Virus record (IMG/VR): IMGVR_UViG_3300005512_000308
Coordinates: 1-24,995 of that record
Origin: a virus
Lineage: Duplodnaviria; Caudoviricetes
Length of the DNA: 24,995 nt
Strand: one strand, 5' to 3'
In this document: one piece after another, positions 16,600 to 24,995 of the stretch
Layout of the letters: each line of letters begins with the position of its first letter
How positions within the stretch are numbered: the first letter of the stretch is position 1
Translations under genes and position numbers: made by a program
The notes under the pieces: generated by a model
The model's database searches: none
What the model was told of the DNA's origin: nothing
Seen by the model: only the letters and a program-made list of their open reading frames with translations

Positions 16600-19500
16600 A
16601 AAATGTAAAAAAGATTGACATTGGTTTAGAAAAAATTGGAAAAATTTATCATATAGCCGATGTTCATATAAGAAACCTCAAACGACATACTGAGTATCGT
16701 GAGGTATTTTCCCATCTTTATGGATATATTTTATCCACAATGGATGAAAATGACATCATCGTTATTGCTGGTGATATTGTACACGCAAAAACTGATATGT
16801 CTCCTGAAGTAGTAGATTTAACACAAGAGTTCTTTACCCGTTTATCAGACCTACTACCCACTATTGTAATTCCAGGTAATCATGATGCTAACTTAAATAA
16901 CACATCAAGATTGGATGCATTAACACCTGTGGTAAATGCACTGAAGTTACCAAACTTAGTATATCTAAAAAATACAGGTGTTTATAAAATAGGAAATATT
17001 TCATTTACCCACCAATCAGTATGGGATAACTTGCCAGGATTCCCATCAGCAATTGATGTTCAAGGGTGTGACCACAAGATTGCGTTATTCCATGGGCCTG
17101 TTGATAAGATTGAGACCGAACACGGGTTTTCAATTGAAAATAAAAATATTAATGTTCAAAACTTTAACGGATATGATATCGCTCTTTTAGGTGATATTCA
17201 TAAGCCAAACAACCCAGTACAAGGTAAGGATAATATTAAATATCCCGGTTCACTTATTGTTCAAAACCATGGTGAAGCAAAATATCCTGAACATGGTATT
17301 TTAGTTTGGGATTTAGAAACTTACACAAGTAAATTCATTACAATTCCTAATGATTATGGGTATGTTACAATAGACATTGAAGATGGTAAAATTGTATCTA
17401 ATATACCAATTCCACAAAAACCACGAATCAGAGTTCGTGTAAAAGACACAAAGGCTTCCGATTTAAACAAGATTATCGCTGATATTAAAAAGGGTCGTAA
17501 AGTTCAAGAATTAACAATACAAAAAGTTATTACTCGTAAAGATGGTGGTGAACATGAAAAGATTGTTCTTCAGAATGTTCGTGATACTGCTTTCCAAAAT
17601 AAACTCATTGAGGAATTATTAAATGAAACGGAACATCTTACCGAAGAACAACTTGAAGTTGTTAAAAATATTAACAACGATATCAATTCAAAACTTGGAA
17701 CAACACGGGCAATTATCAACTCAACTTGGATACCAAAGGTATTTGAATTCTCAAATATGTTCTCGTATGGTCCTAACAATGTTATAGACTTTTCTCAAAT
17801 GAAAGGTGCTTATGGAATCTTTGCACCAAACGCAAGTGGTAAGTCAACCCTATGGGATGCTCTATCATTTTGTATCTTTGACAAGTGTTCAAGAACCTCA
17901 AAAGCTGAGGATGTGTTAAATTACTCAAAGATGTCGTTTGATTGTAAATTTACATTTGAACTAAATGGAGTAGAGTACACCATCGAGAGAACCGCAAAGA
18001 AGTCGCCTAAGAGAGGAACTGTAAAAGTAGACACCAACTTCTATCGTGTAGTAGATGGTCAAGTAGAGTCTCTTAATGGTGAACAGCGTAGAGAGACAAA
18101 CGCAATCATTAGAGAATACGTTGGAACATATGATGACTTTGTATTAACTGCAATGTCAACACAATCAAACAATAGTGGGTTCATCGAGAAATCACAAAAA
18201 GAACGTAAAGAGTTGTTAGCACAATTCTTGGATATGGATGTTTTTGAAAATCTATACCAAATTGCAAGTGAAGAGATTAAAGAATTGTCGGCCCTTCTAA
18301 AGGACTATAAAAACCAAGACCTACCAACTCAACTCGCAGAGGCAGAAGATACCTTAACATCGATTACGGGGTCACTAACCACTCTACAAGATAGAAAGAC
18401 TGAGTTGGAAACAAAAAGAGAAAATACAAATATCAAAATCGAGTTTGAGATGGGTAGATTAAAACCCGTTGAAGATATTGGTGATATTGAAACTCTTGAA
18501 ACAAAACTTGAAACGATTCAAAAGCAACGTGACTTACAAAATCAACAGTGTGGTATTAACCAAACTGAAGTCAAAAAGATTGAGATAGAACAAAAAGACA
18601 TTCAAACCAAAATTGATAAGATTGACATAGACGCTTTACGAAAGAAAGAGGAAGTCTACAAATCATCAGATTTAAAGTTTAAAGAGATTGGGGTTGAGTT
18701 GGACAAGCTAGAATCTAAAATGATTCATGCTAAGAAACACTTAGATGGTATTGGGTCTCTTACGTTTGATGATGGGTGTGACCATTGTGTACAAAACAAA
18801 AACACTCCATTTGCTAAACAAGCACAAACACTTGAAGATGAATTAAAAAAATATGGTGATGAATATTCAGACCTCGTATCAAGAAGACTCGAATACATGG
18901 ACAAGCGTAATGAATCGGATGTTACCAAAGAAATAAACGAATGGAATGAACTTGGTGGTATTTTCACCAAGTTAGAATCTGAATGGTTACGAGCTAGTAA
19001 AGCATATGATTATTGTGTATCATTAGTTAGGGATTATGATTTGGAAATCAAAGAACTAACGAGAGATGTTCAAAAAGCAAAAGACCAAGAGGAAGCTGTT
19101 AAGCACAATGAGGAAGTTCAAGAAAAGATAAAATCTTTTAAACTCACACGAAGTGACATTGATGATGATATTAAAAATGTTACTGATGAAATCATGCATA
19201 TCAATTCCGATATTAAGGTTGCTGAAAATACAATCCAAAATGTTCACCAATCACTCGACAAACTTCGTGACATGGAAGTCCGTTTTGATGGATACGAATA
19301 TTATCTAAAATGTGTAAAGAGAGATGGTATCCCATATAATTTAATTTCAGAAGTTCTACCTAAGTTAGAAGTTGAGATTAATAACATTCTTTCACCCATT
19401 GTGGATTTCCAAATTATGTTGAATACTGATGGTAAAAATATCAATTCATACATAGCATATGGAGATGAAGAATTCTGGCCGTTAGAACTAACAAGTGGTA

Positions 19501-19766
19501 TGGAGAAGTTCATTTCATCAATCGCAATTCGAACTGCATTGATTAATGTATCCAATTTACCACGACCAAACTTTATCGCTATTGACGAGGGATTTGGTTC
19601 ATTAGATACGGATAACTTTAATTCTTTATATTTATTATTTGATTACTTGAAGACACAATTTGACTTTATCATCACTATATCCCACATTGATAAGACAAGA
19701 GATATGGTAGACCAGATTATAGATATCAATAAAGTCAGAGGGTTCTCAAAAGTATCATATTTATAA
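16596..19766 (+). CDS. Fused Mre11/SbcD nuclease and Rad50/SbcC ATPase (T4 gp47-gp46-like recombination nuclease)
   Basis: Metallophosphoesterase motifs ADVH, GDIVH, GNHD, FHG, GDIH. Then Walker A APNASGKST, Q-loop, coiled coil with CDHC hook, signature SGME, Walker B/D-loop IAIDEGFGSLD and H-loop ISH. Confidence 0.93.
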   Translation: MKNVKKIDIGLEKIGKIYHIADVHIRNLKRHTEYREVFSHLYGYILSTMDENDIIVIAGDIVHAKTDMSPEVVDLTQEFFTRLSDLLPTIVIPGNHDANLNNTSRLDALTPVVNALKLPNLVYLKNTGVYKIGNISFTHQSVWDNLPGFPSAIDVQGCDHKIALFHGPVDKIETEHGFSIENKNINVQNFNGYDIALLGDIHKPNNPVQGKDNIKYPGSLIVQNHGEAKYPEHGILVWDLETYTSKFITIPNDYGYVTIDIEDGKIVSNIPIPQKPRIRVRVKDTKASDLNKIIADIKKGRKVQELTIQKVITRKDGGEHEKIVLQNVRDTAFQNKLIEELLNETEHLTEEQLEVVKNINNDINSKLGTTRAIINSTWIPKVFEFSNMFSYGPNNVIDFSQMKGAYGIFAPNASGKSTLWDALSFCIFDKCSRTSKAEDVLNYSKMSFDCKFTFELNGVEYTIERTAKKSPKRGTVKVDTNFYRVVDGQVESLNGEQRRETNAIIREYVGTYDDFVLTAMSTQSNNSGFIEKSQKERKELLAQFLDMDVFENLYQIASEEIKELSALLKDYKNQDLPTQLAEAEDTLTSITGSLTTLQDRKTELETKRENTNIKIEFEMGRLKPVEDIGDIETLETKLETIQKQRDLQNQQCGINQTEVKKIEIEQKDIQTKIDKIDIDALRKKEEVYKSSDLKFKEIGVELDKLESKMIHAKKHLDGIGSLTFDDGCDHCVQNKNTPFAKQAQTLEDELKKYGDEYSDLVSRRLEYMDKRNESDVTKEINEWNELGGIFTKLESEWLRASKAYDYCVSLVRDYDLEIKELTRDVQKAKDQEEAVKHNEEVQEKIKSFKLTRSDIDDDIKNVTDEIMHINSDIKVAENTIQNVHQSLDKLRDMEVRFDGYEYYLKCVKRDGIPYNLISEVLPKLEVEINNILSPIVDFQIMLNTDGKNINSYIAYGDEEFWPLELTSGMEKFISSIAIRTALINVSNLPRPNFIAIDEGFGSLDTDNFNSLYLLFDYLKTQFDFIITISHIDKTRDMVDQIIDINKVRGFSKVSYL
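19757..19765 (+). promoter_or_regulatory. ATATTTATA motif, putative late promoter overlapping the end of the nuclease gene
   Basis: Identical to 11609-11617, also 21 nt before the ATG (19787), at the switch from replication genes back to a structural gene. Confidence 0.55.
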
Positions 19767-19786
19767 GAAAGTGATGGAGTCCGTTA

Positions 19787-22057
19787 ATGGCACTTGAATT
19801 AAAAAAAAGGTCTAAATTATTTTTAAAGAACCAACGAGTAGATGTTGAGGAGACCTCGTCAACACCTGATTCGTTTGGTATCACAAATTTGCCAGACTTT
19901 TTTGGAGAGGGTAAGAACACCTTTAAATTAAAGCCAGGCACTGGGTATCTTAGGTCTGGAACTGAAATTCAAATTGAAGTTTTAGATGTAAACGGAAACC
20001 CAATTTATTGGGAAACTTCTACTTATAAAGATTCTGATAATTCGAGATTAATTTCTATTTGGATTTACGACCTACCAAATAATCCAAAATACAATACACC
20101 AAATGGAAAGGCAGAACTTATTGTAGTTGGTACACTTCGTTCTGGTGGTACAATTAGATGGAGTCGTAAGATAAATGTAATAAAGTCAAGGCAATCTACA
20201 TCTAATATTACATTTAAGACACCTCCAAGTTTTGCTATAAGTTCAAGTGTAGAGACTTTTACAAATAAGTTAGTATCCAACGACCAACTCACTAAAGCAA
20301 TTGTAAATAGTGAGGTATATTACAAAAAGTCTACGTTTGGTGACACGGTTACTTTAGAGTATGACGCATTATCGAACTTTAATGCAGAAATGGTTGGAGG
20401 TACTGTTTACGCAGTAAATATTCCAACATTATTTCCACGACTTGGTGGTGGTCAATCACAACCTACTGAGTTTACTTCAAGTGTTACTGAAGTGATATCC
20501 CCTACAATACTTAGGATTAACACACCAATTACAACAAGTGATAATCGTAGTGATGGGTCAATACATACCTATGAATATTCGGATGGTACTCTTGAAGTAA
20601 ATATAGAATATTACTCAACGGGTTCGGATACTGGAACACAAAACCAAGTAGCATTTGCAAATATATCTTTAACAAATGTAAATCCAATTGGAGGTCGAGT
20701 ATATTTACTTAGAACCTCAATTAAATCCGATGGACTTTCAAATTCAGACTACTCAGTAATAGGTGAAACCCTTGTTGAAAATACATCATCTATATCGTAT
20801 AAAGTTCCAATCCCAACCGAACAATTAAATGACCCTAAAACTTTAAGAGTACAATTTGTAAATGAGGTTGGTAGTGTATCAACTACTGAGTTAGTTAAGA
20901 GTGGTTTGGTATTTAGAGGTGGTAACGTTTATATCGCAGGTGACCAATCCCTAATCACAGGTTCATTCCATATTGGAAATGTCATTGGTAGTGGTATTGA
21001 AATGGCAGGTCACTCAAGTGGGTATTTAAAATCAGTTGGATATGATGGATTCACTTCCGCATCACTTGGAAAGGGTCCTGGTGGATTCTTAATTTGGAGT
21101 GGTAGTGGTAATCTTCAAATTGGAGCTGACCAATATCCAGGTGTAGGTATGGAAATGGTTTCTGAAGGTGGGTCATCGAGTTTTTATTTTACAACTCATG
21201 ATGGTGGTAACCTTAAAGTAATTACCGATGAATTTTTTATTGGAACTGAAAATACTCAATTTATTAGTGGTTCTAATGGTAACATTGAAATTAGTTCATC
21301 ATTCTTCCACCTCAACCCAAAAAATGACGAAGCAATAATCGGTGGTTTTGTTGTAACCCCAACCGAAATAAGTTCATCACAAAATATAACAGACCTTGGG
21401 ACTCCGTTGGCATTTAAATCTAATGGTCAAATAACGGGGTCATCCGTATTAATTAGACAACGTGTATCGGGTACAACCTATACTCTTTTTGATACGGATA
21501 ATGGTATTGTAGATGCAAGAAATGTTGGTAGACAACTTGTGTCCGATGGTAATGAATATATAAGAGCTGATGTTGATGATGGTAGTAGTTATGTAACTGT
21601 TTCTAAATACCCAATCACACTCTTACCAAATGAAACAAAAATCGGTATATCTTTGATGGGTCAAACTATATCAAATGCCGATGGGACTAACGCTGCTAAT
21701 GTAAAATTATACATTGCAGGTGCTAATACAGGTTCAACTGCAACCAACAATACTTATTATGATAGTTTTGATTCGGAAATTCAATTACATCAAATTAGTA
21801 TACCTGCTATTGGTGCAAGTCAAACGGGAAGTAAAACATTTTCACCAGAATTTGGACCAGGAGTCTATACACTCGATATTCCAACAAGTGTACATGGCAG
21901 ATATTGTGAGTTACGATTAAAATTATCAAATAATCCCGCTACAGCAACAGGCACATCAATACGAGTGAAAAATATATCTATCATAGCAACACGAGAATTT
22001 GGTGGAGACTTCTCTGATGGAAGACAAACGTATACACCAAGTAAACCATCTACATAA
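19787..22057 (+). CDS. Putative virion structural protein (tail/fibre-like), 756 aa
   Basis: Gly/Ser/Thr-rich and beta-strand-rich, with TGS/SGS/SSS motifs like the other structural ORFs. N-terminal GTEIQIEVLDVNGNPIY. No enzyme motifs seen. Confidence 0.6.
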   Translation: MALELKKRSKLFLKNQRVDVEETSSTPDSFGITNLPDFFGEGKNTFKLKPGTGYLRSGTEIQIEVLDVNGNPIYWETSTYKDSDNSRLISIWIYDLPNNPKYNTPNGKAELIVVGTLRSGGTIRWSRKINVIKSRQSTSNITFKTPPSFAISSSVETFTNKLVSNDQLTKAIVNSEVYYKKSTFGDTVTLEYDALSNFNAEMVGGTVYAVNIPTLFPRLGGGQSQPTEFTSSVTEVISPTILRINTPITTSDNRSDGSIHTYEYSDGTLEVNIEYYSTGSDTGTQNQVAFANISLTNVNPIGGRVYLLRTSIKSDGLSNSDYSVIGETLVENTSSISYKVPIPTEQLNDPKTLRVQFVNEVGSVSTTELVKSGLVFRGGNVYIAGDQSLITGSFHIGNVIGSGIEMAGHSSGYLKSVGYDGFTSASLGKGPGGFLIWSGSGNLQIGADQYPGVGMEMVSEGGSSSFYFTTHDGGNLKVITDEFFIGTENTQFISGSNGNIEISSSFFHLNPKNDEAIIGGFVVTPTEISSSQNITDLGTPLAFKSNGQITGSSVLIRQRVSGTTYTLFDTDNGIVDARNVGRQLVSDGNEYIRADVDDGSSYVTVSKYPITLLPNETKIGISLMGQTISNADGTNAANVKLYIAGANTGSTATNNTYYDSFDSEIQLHQISIPAIGASQTGSKTFSPEFGPGVYTLDIPTSVHGRYCELRLKLSNNPATATGTSIRVKNISIIATREFGGDFSDGRQTYTPSKPST

Positions 22058-22071
22058 ACATATATTTAAGG

Positions 22072-22080
22072 ATACTTATT
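22072..22080 (+). promoter_or_regulatory. ATACTTATT motif variant, 3 nt before ATG 22084
   Basis: Context ATACTTATTATTATG parallels ATATTTATTACTATG at 694-708. Confidence 0.4.
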
Positions 22081-22083
22081 ATT

Positions 22084-24375
22084 ATGGGAAAACTAATAAA
22101 CGAATGGATAACCGAATCAATCTTAACTGAAGATGTTAAGAAAACAGTAGTAACTTATGTAGGTAGGTTTCACCCATTCCATTCAGGTCATAACGCAGTA
22201 TACCAACACTTGGTAAAAAAGTTTGGTAAAGATAATGTTTATATTGGAACTTCTGATAAAGTAGAATTACCAAAGTCACCATTCCGATTCAAGGAAAAAG
22301 TTCAGATTATGAACACTATGTTTGGTATTCCAAAAAATAGAATTGTCCAAGTAAAGAACCCATACGCTCCAAAAGAAATTCTTGGAAAGTTTGATGAGAA
22401 CACAACTGCGTTTGTAACGGTAGTTGGTGAGAAAGATGCTGGTAGATTGGGTATGGGTAAAGGAAGATACTTCCAACCATATAAGGGTGATACATCACTT
22501 CCAATGAAAGACAATGGTTATGTTTATATCGTACCACCACAAGGTCGTGGTATTTCTGGTACTGAAGTTCGTAAGGGTATGTCAGAGCCAGATGAACAAA
22601 AAAGAATCAAATTCTTTAAATCAGTTTACCCAAAATTCAATCAAACTATTTTTGATTTAGTTTCAGGTCGTATGGTAAAAACTGAGTCCGTAATGGAGTC
22701 ATTCCTTCAAAATGTTAACCTCAAAGAAATACTTAATGAAGCATCGACTTTACCACCAATTGGTAAAGGTATTGTAGATGATGGTCCGGGGTTTACTTAT
22801 GGTAACATGAAGACCTTTAAAAAGGAAATGGAAAAGCATGCAAGTAGTTTGGGTTGGGATGTTGTTTCATACTTAATGCCTGAATTAGACCAAGTGTTTG
22901 CTCAAGATGGTAGAAGTCTTCCCGACAAATATCCCGTATCTTATTTTCCAAGTGGTGATACCCGAGATGGTCAAAGTATTCGATATAGTAATGACTTAAC
23001 TGGTCGTCCTGGTTATAAGAAGTGGGCAAACCACATCAAGAAAGTAGCCCTTAGATTAGGATACGAATTTATGAATTTCCTTGAACCAAAGGATATTGAT
23101 AACTTGACTTCACAAATTCCTACTGAAAAACAAAAATCTAAAAAGAACAATCTCAAAGAAGGTATTCTTTTAGAAGGTGGTGCATATGGTCACATGAATC
23201 ACCCATTTGATACCGAAATGAATTTAACATTTGGTGACCTAAAAATTATCATCTCAAATGCACTTCAAGGTAAGTTAGATTTTACAAGAGAAAAAACCGA
23301 TGGTCAAGCTCTTGCTATTTCATGGAGAGATGACAAAGGACTAATTGCAGCTCGTAACAAAGGTCACCTCAAGAATAGTGGTGAGGGTGCATTGGATATT
23401 AGTGGTATCGCATCTAAGTTTCAAGGTAGAGGTGGTTTAACTGATGCTTACAATTTCGCAATGCAAGATTTGACATCTGCTGTAAAGTCATTGTCTAAAG
23501 CACAACGAGACAAGATATTTAAACAAGGTAAAAAGTTTATGAACATTGAGGTGATTTGGCCAACATCCGTAAACGTAATACCTTATGGTCAGCCCCTACT
23601 CGTTTTTCATGGAACTATGGAATACAATGATGAGGGAATTGCAATAGGCGCTGACACTTCAGATGCAAAAATACTTGCTGGTATGATTAAACAAGTAAAT
23701 GCTGACGTTCAAGATAAATACACCTTACAAGGGCCACCAGTAGTACAACTTCCAAAATCGGAGGAGTTGTCATCTAAACAAAGTAAATTTGTTAGTCAAC
23801 TATCAAAACTACAAAAAGAGTTTAAATTAAAAGATACTGATGGTGTTGCTGAGTACCACCAGAGATGGTGGGAAAACTTTGTTGAAACAAAATCACCATC
23901 AAAGTTAGATAATAAAACTAAAATGGGTCTTGTAAAGAGATGGGCATTTTATGATAAGTCATTCAGATTAGATAATAAGAACATCAAAGACGCTAAAACT
24001 TTGGATTGGGCAAAGGGTATTGATAAAAATGACCATGCTAAAATTGCTAAAGATAACATTAGACCTTTTGAAGACATCTTCTTAGGTGTTGGCGCAGAGG
24101 TTCTTTCATTCATGTCCTCAGCATTAACTGTAAATCCCAATTCAGCATTGAGAGACATGAAAAAAAGATTAGACCAAACAATCAAAGATGTTAAGAAATC
24201 CGGTGATAAGAAAAAAATTGAAAAGTTGAAGTTAGAATTAGAAAGATTAAACTCAATTGGTGGTAGAGATAAGATTGTTCCTAATGAGGGAATTGTGTTT
24301 ACATATAAAGGTGGAACATATAAATTAACAGGTACATTCGCACCTCTAAACCAAATATTGGGACTTTTCTATTAA
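22084..24375 (+). CDS. Multidomain protein: HIGH-superfamily (cytidylyltransferase/NMNAT-like) domain, unknown middle domain, and RNA-ligase-like covalent nucleotidyltransferase (DUF6267-like) domain
   Basis: N-terminal YVGRFHPFHSGH, PFRFKEK, VGEKD, ISGTEVR. C-terminal GHMNHPFD, motif I EKTDG, ARN, NIEVI, FHG, motif IV EGIVF, motif V YKLTG. Confidence 0.75.
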   Translation: MGKLINEWITESILTEDVKKTVVTYVGRFHPFHSGHNAVYQHLVKKFGKDNVYIGTSDKVELPKSPFRFKEKVQIMNTMFGIPKNRIVQVKNPYAPKEILGKFDENTTAFVTVVGEKDAGRLGMGKGRYFQPYKGDTSLPMKDNGYVYIVPPQGRGISGTEVRKGMSEPDEQKRIKFFKSVYPKFNQTIFDLVSGRMVKTESVMESFLQNVNLKEILNEASTLPPIGKGIVDDGPGFTYGNMKTFKKEMEKHASSLGWDVVSYLMPELDQVFAQDGRSLPDKYPVSYFPSGDTRDGQSIRYSNDLTGRPGYKKWANHIKKVALRLGYEFMNFLEPKDIDNLTSQIPTEKQKSKKNNLKEGILLEGGAYGHMNHPFDTEMNLTFGDLKIIISNALQGKLDFTREKTDGQALAISWRDDKGLIAARNKGHLKNSGEGALDISGIASKFQGRGGLTDAYNFAMQDLTSAVKSLSKAQRDKIFKQGKKFMNIEVIWPTSVNVIPYGQPLLVFHGTMEYNDEGIAIGADTSDAKILAGMIKQVNADVQDKYTLQGPPVVQLPKSEELSSKQSKFVSQLSKLQKEFKLKDTDGVAEYHQRWWENFVETKSPSKLDNKTKMGLVKRWAFYDKSFRLDNKNIKDAKTLDWAKGIDKNDHAKIAKDNIRPFEDIFLGVGAEVLSFMSSALTVNPNSALRDMKKRLDQTIKDVKKSGDKKKIEKLKLELERLNSIGGRDKIVPNEGIVFTYKGGTYKLTGTFAPLNQILGLFY

Positions 24376-24382
24376 TAATATG

Positions 24383-24391
24383 ATACTTATA
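24383..24391 (+). promoter_or_regulatory. ATACTTATA motif, putative late promoter
   Basis: In the intergenic gap, 25 nt upstream of ATG 24417. Confidence 0.45.
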
Positions 24392-24416
24392 TATTGACAA
24401 ACTATATTAAAAAGTT

Positions 24417-24995
24417 ATGAGCAAATTAAATAATGTTAAAGCAGTTAAAGAAATGATTGCTGGAACACATAGAACCCAAACCAAAAACACAATAAGTTTT
24501 GGTGAGGGTAAAGACTTTATCAAAAGGGAAGTTGGTGACCAATGGACCGATGATGATGGGAATACTTGGGAACAAAAGAAGGGGTACAAGATTAAACTTG
24601 GTAAACTTTCAGAGTTGAGAAGTGAAATCAACACATTTCCAAAGTGTTCTAAAGAAGTTTGTACTTGTACTAACCCAAGCCGTAATGACTTAAAAATGAA
24701 AGTCATTCATGGTATGTGTTTCGAATGTGTAATTGACATGGAACACCAATTGAAGATTGAGGGAAAGTACGAAGAGTACGAACGACACAAATTATTGGAG
24801 AATGGTAAAGCTTGGTTAAAACAAGCTGAACTTGAGAAAGAAGCTCTTAAAGTAGCAATCAAAGCCCGTTACATCAACGAAGATGGTTCGGTTGAAGAAT
24901 GGGATGGTGTTACTTGGGAAGAGATGGAAGAAAAAATAGAAAATGAGTTTCGTATTTTTAGAGAGAATTTTATCCAAACGATGGAGACACAGGAA
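24417..24995 (+). CDS. Hypothetical phage protein with Cys cluster (possible Zn binding), 3'-truncated and absent from the ORF track
   Basis: Open frame from ATG 24417 to the window end: MSKLNNVKAVKEMIAGTH...REVGDQWTDDDGNTWEQKKGY...FPKCSKEVCTC...HGMCFECVIDMEHQLKIEGKYEEYE... Confidence 0.85.
   Translation, partial: MSKLNNVKAVKEMIAGTHRTQTKNTISFGEGKDFIKREVGDQWTDDDGNTWEQKKGYKIKLGKLSELRSEINTFPKCSKEVCTCTNPSRNDLKMKVIHGMCFECVIDMEHQLKIEGKYEEYERHKLLENGKAWLKQAELEKEALKVAIKARYINEDGSVEEWDGVTWEEMEEKIENEFRIFRENFIQTMETQE

Larger units (their letters stand above)
1..24995 (+). mobile_element. Fragment of a large myovirus-type (likely jumbo) bacteriophage genome: baseplate module plus replication/recombination genes
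   Basis: gp25- and gp6-like baseplate genes, phage endonuclease I, phage-type primase and gp46/47-like nuclease. All long ORFs are on one strand with short gaps or overlaps. No host housekeeping genes or integration signs. Confidence 0.93.

Noticed and set aside
644-24416. tRNA genes, structured ncRNAs or intrinsic terminators in intergenic gaps
   Set aside because: Gaps are at most about 60 nt and AT-rich; no convincing hairpin with U-tract or cloverleaf was seen.
1355-24706. Minus-strand and short alternative-frame ORFs in the track (e.g. 1355-1570, 8908-9327, 11212-11538, 19301-19555, 24407-24706)
   Set aside because: All lie mostly or wholly within long, motif-bearing + strand genes and show no recognisable motifs; they are shadow ORFs.
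1-24995. Stop-codon reassignment (no gene ends in TAG)
   Set aside because: Genes are full length under the standard code with no in-frame TAG or TGA, and TGA ends two genes. Lack of TAG stops is unremarkable in an AT-rich genome.

Overview
The window is a co-oriented (+ strand), densely packed, AT-rich segment of a large myovirus-type (probably jumbo) phage genome; no cellular housekeeping genes are visible. 1-15.2 kb is a contractile-tail baseplate module: a truncated hub/spike-like gene, gp25-like and gp6-like wedge genes, a DNRLRE-like protein, a giant gp7-like protein, and three tail-collar/fibre-attachment-like genes, one with a LamG domain. A small pol-beta-fold nucleotidyltransferase sits inside this module. 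15.2-19.8 kb is a replication/recombination block: T7 endonuclease I-like resolvase, DnaG-type primase with a degenerate Zn finger, and a single-chain Mre11-Rad50 (SbcD-SbcC) fusion. A further virion protein follows, then a three-domain protein (HIGH nucleotidyltransferase, unknown domain, RNA-ligase-like domain) whose linkers look like prohead-protease sites, and a truncated Cys-rich ORF missing from the ORF track. A Bacteroidota-type promoter suggests the host phylum. The most notable signals are the putative packaged enzyme polyprotein, strong enrichment of an [S/T]-[G/A/S]-S tripeptide in several virion proteins, lectin-like modules inserted into baseplate scaffolds, a recurrent ATAHTTAT upstream motif, and apparent GATC avoidance. 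All family calls come from motif recognition by eye, without database searches.
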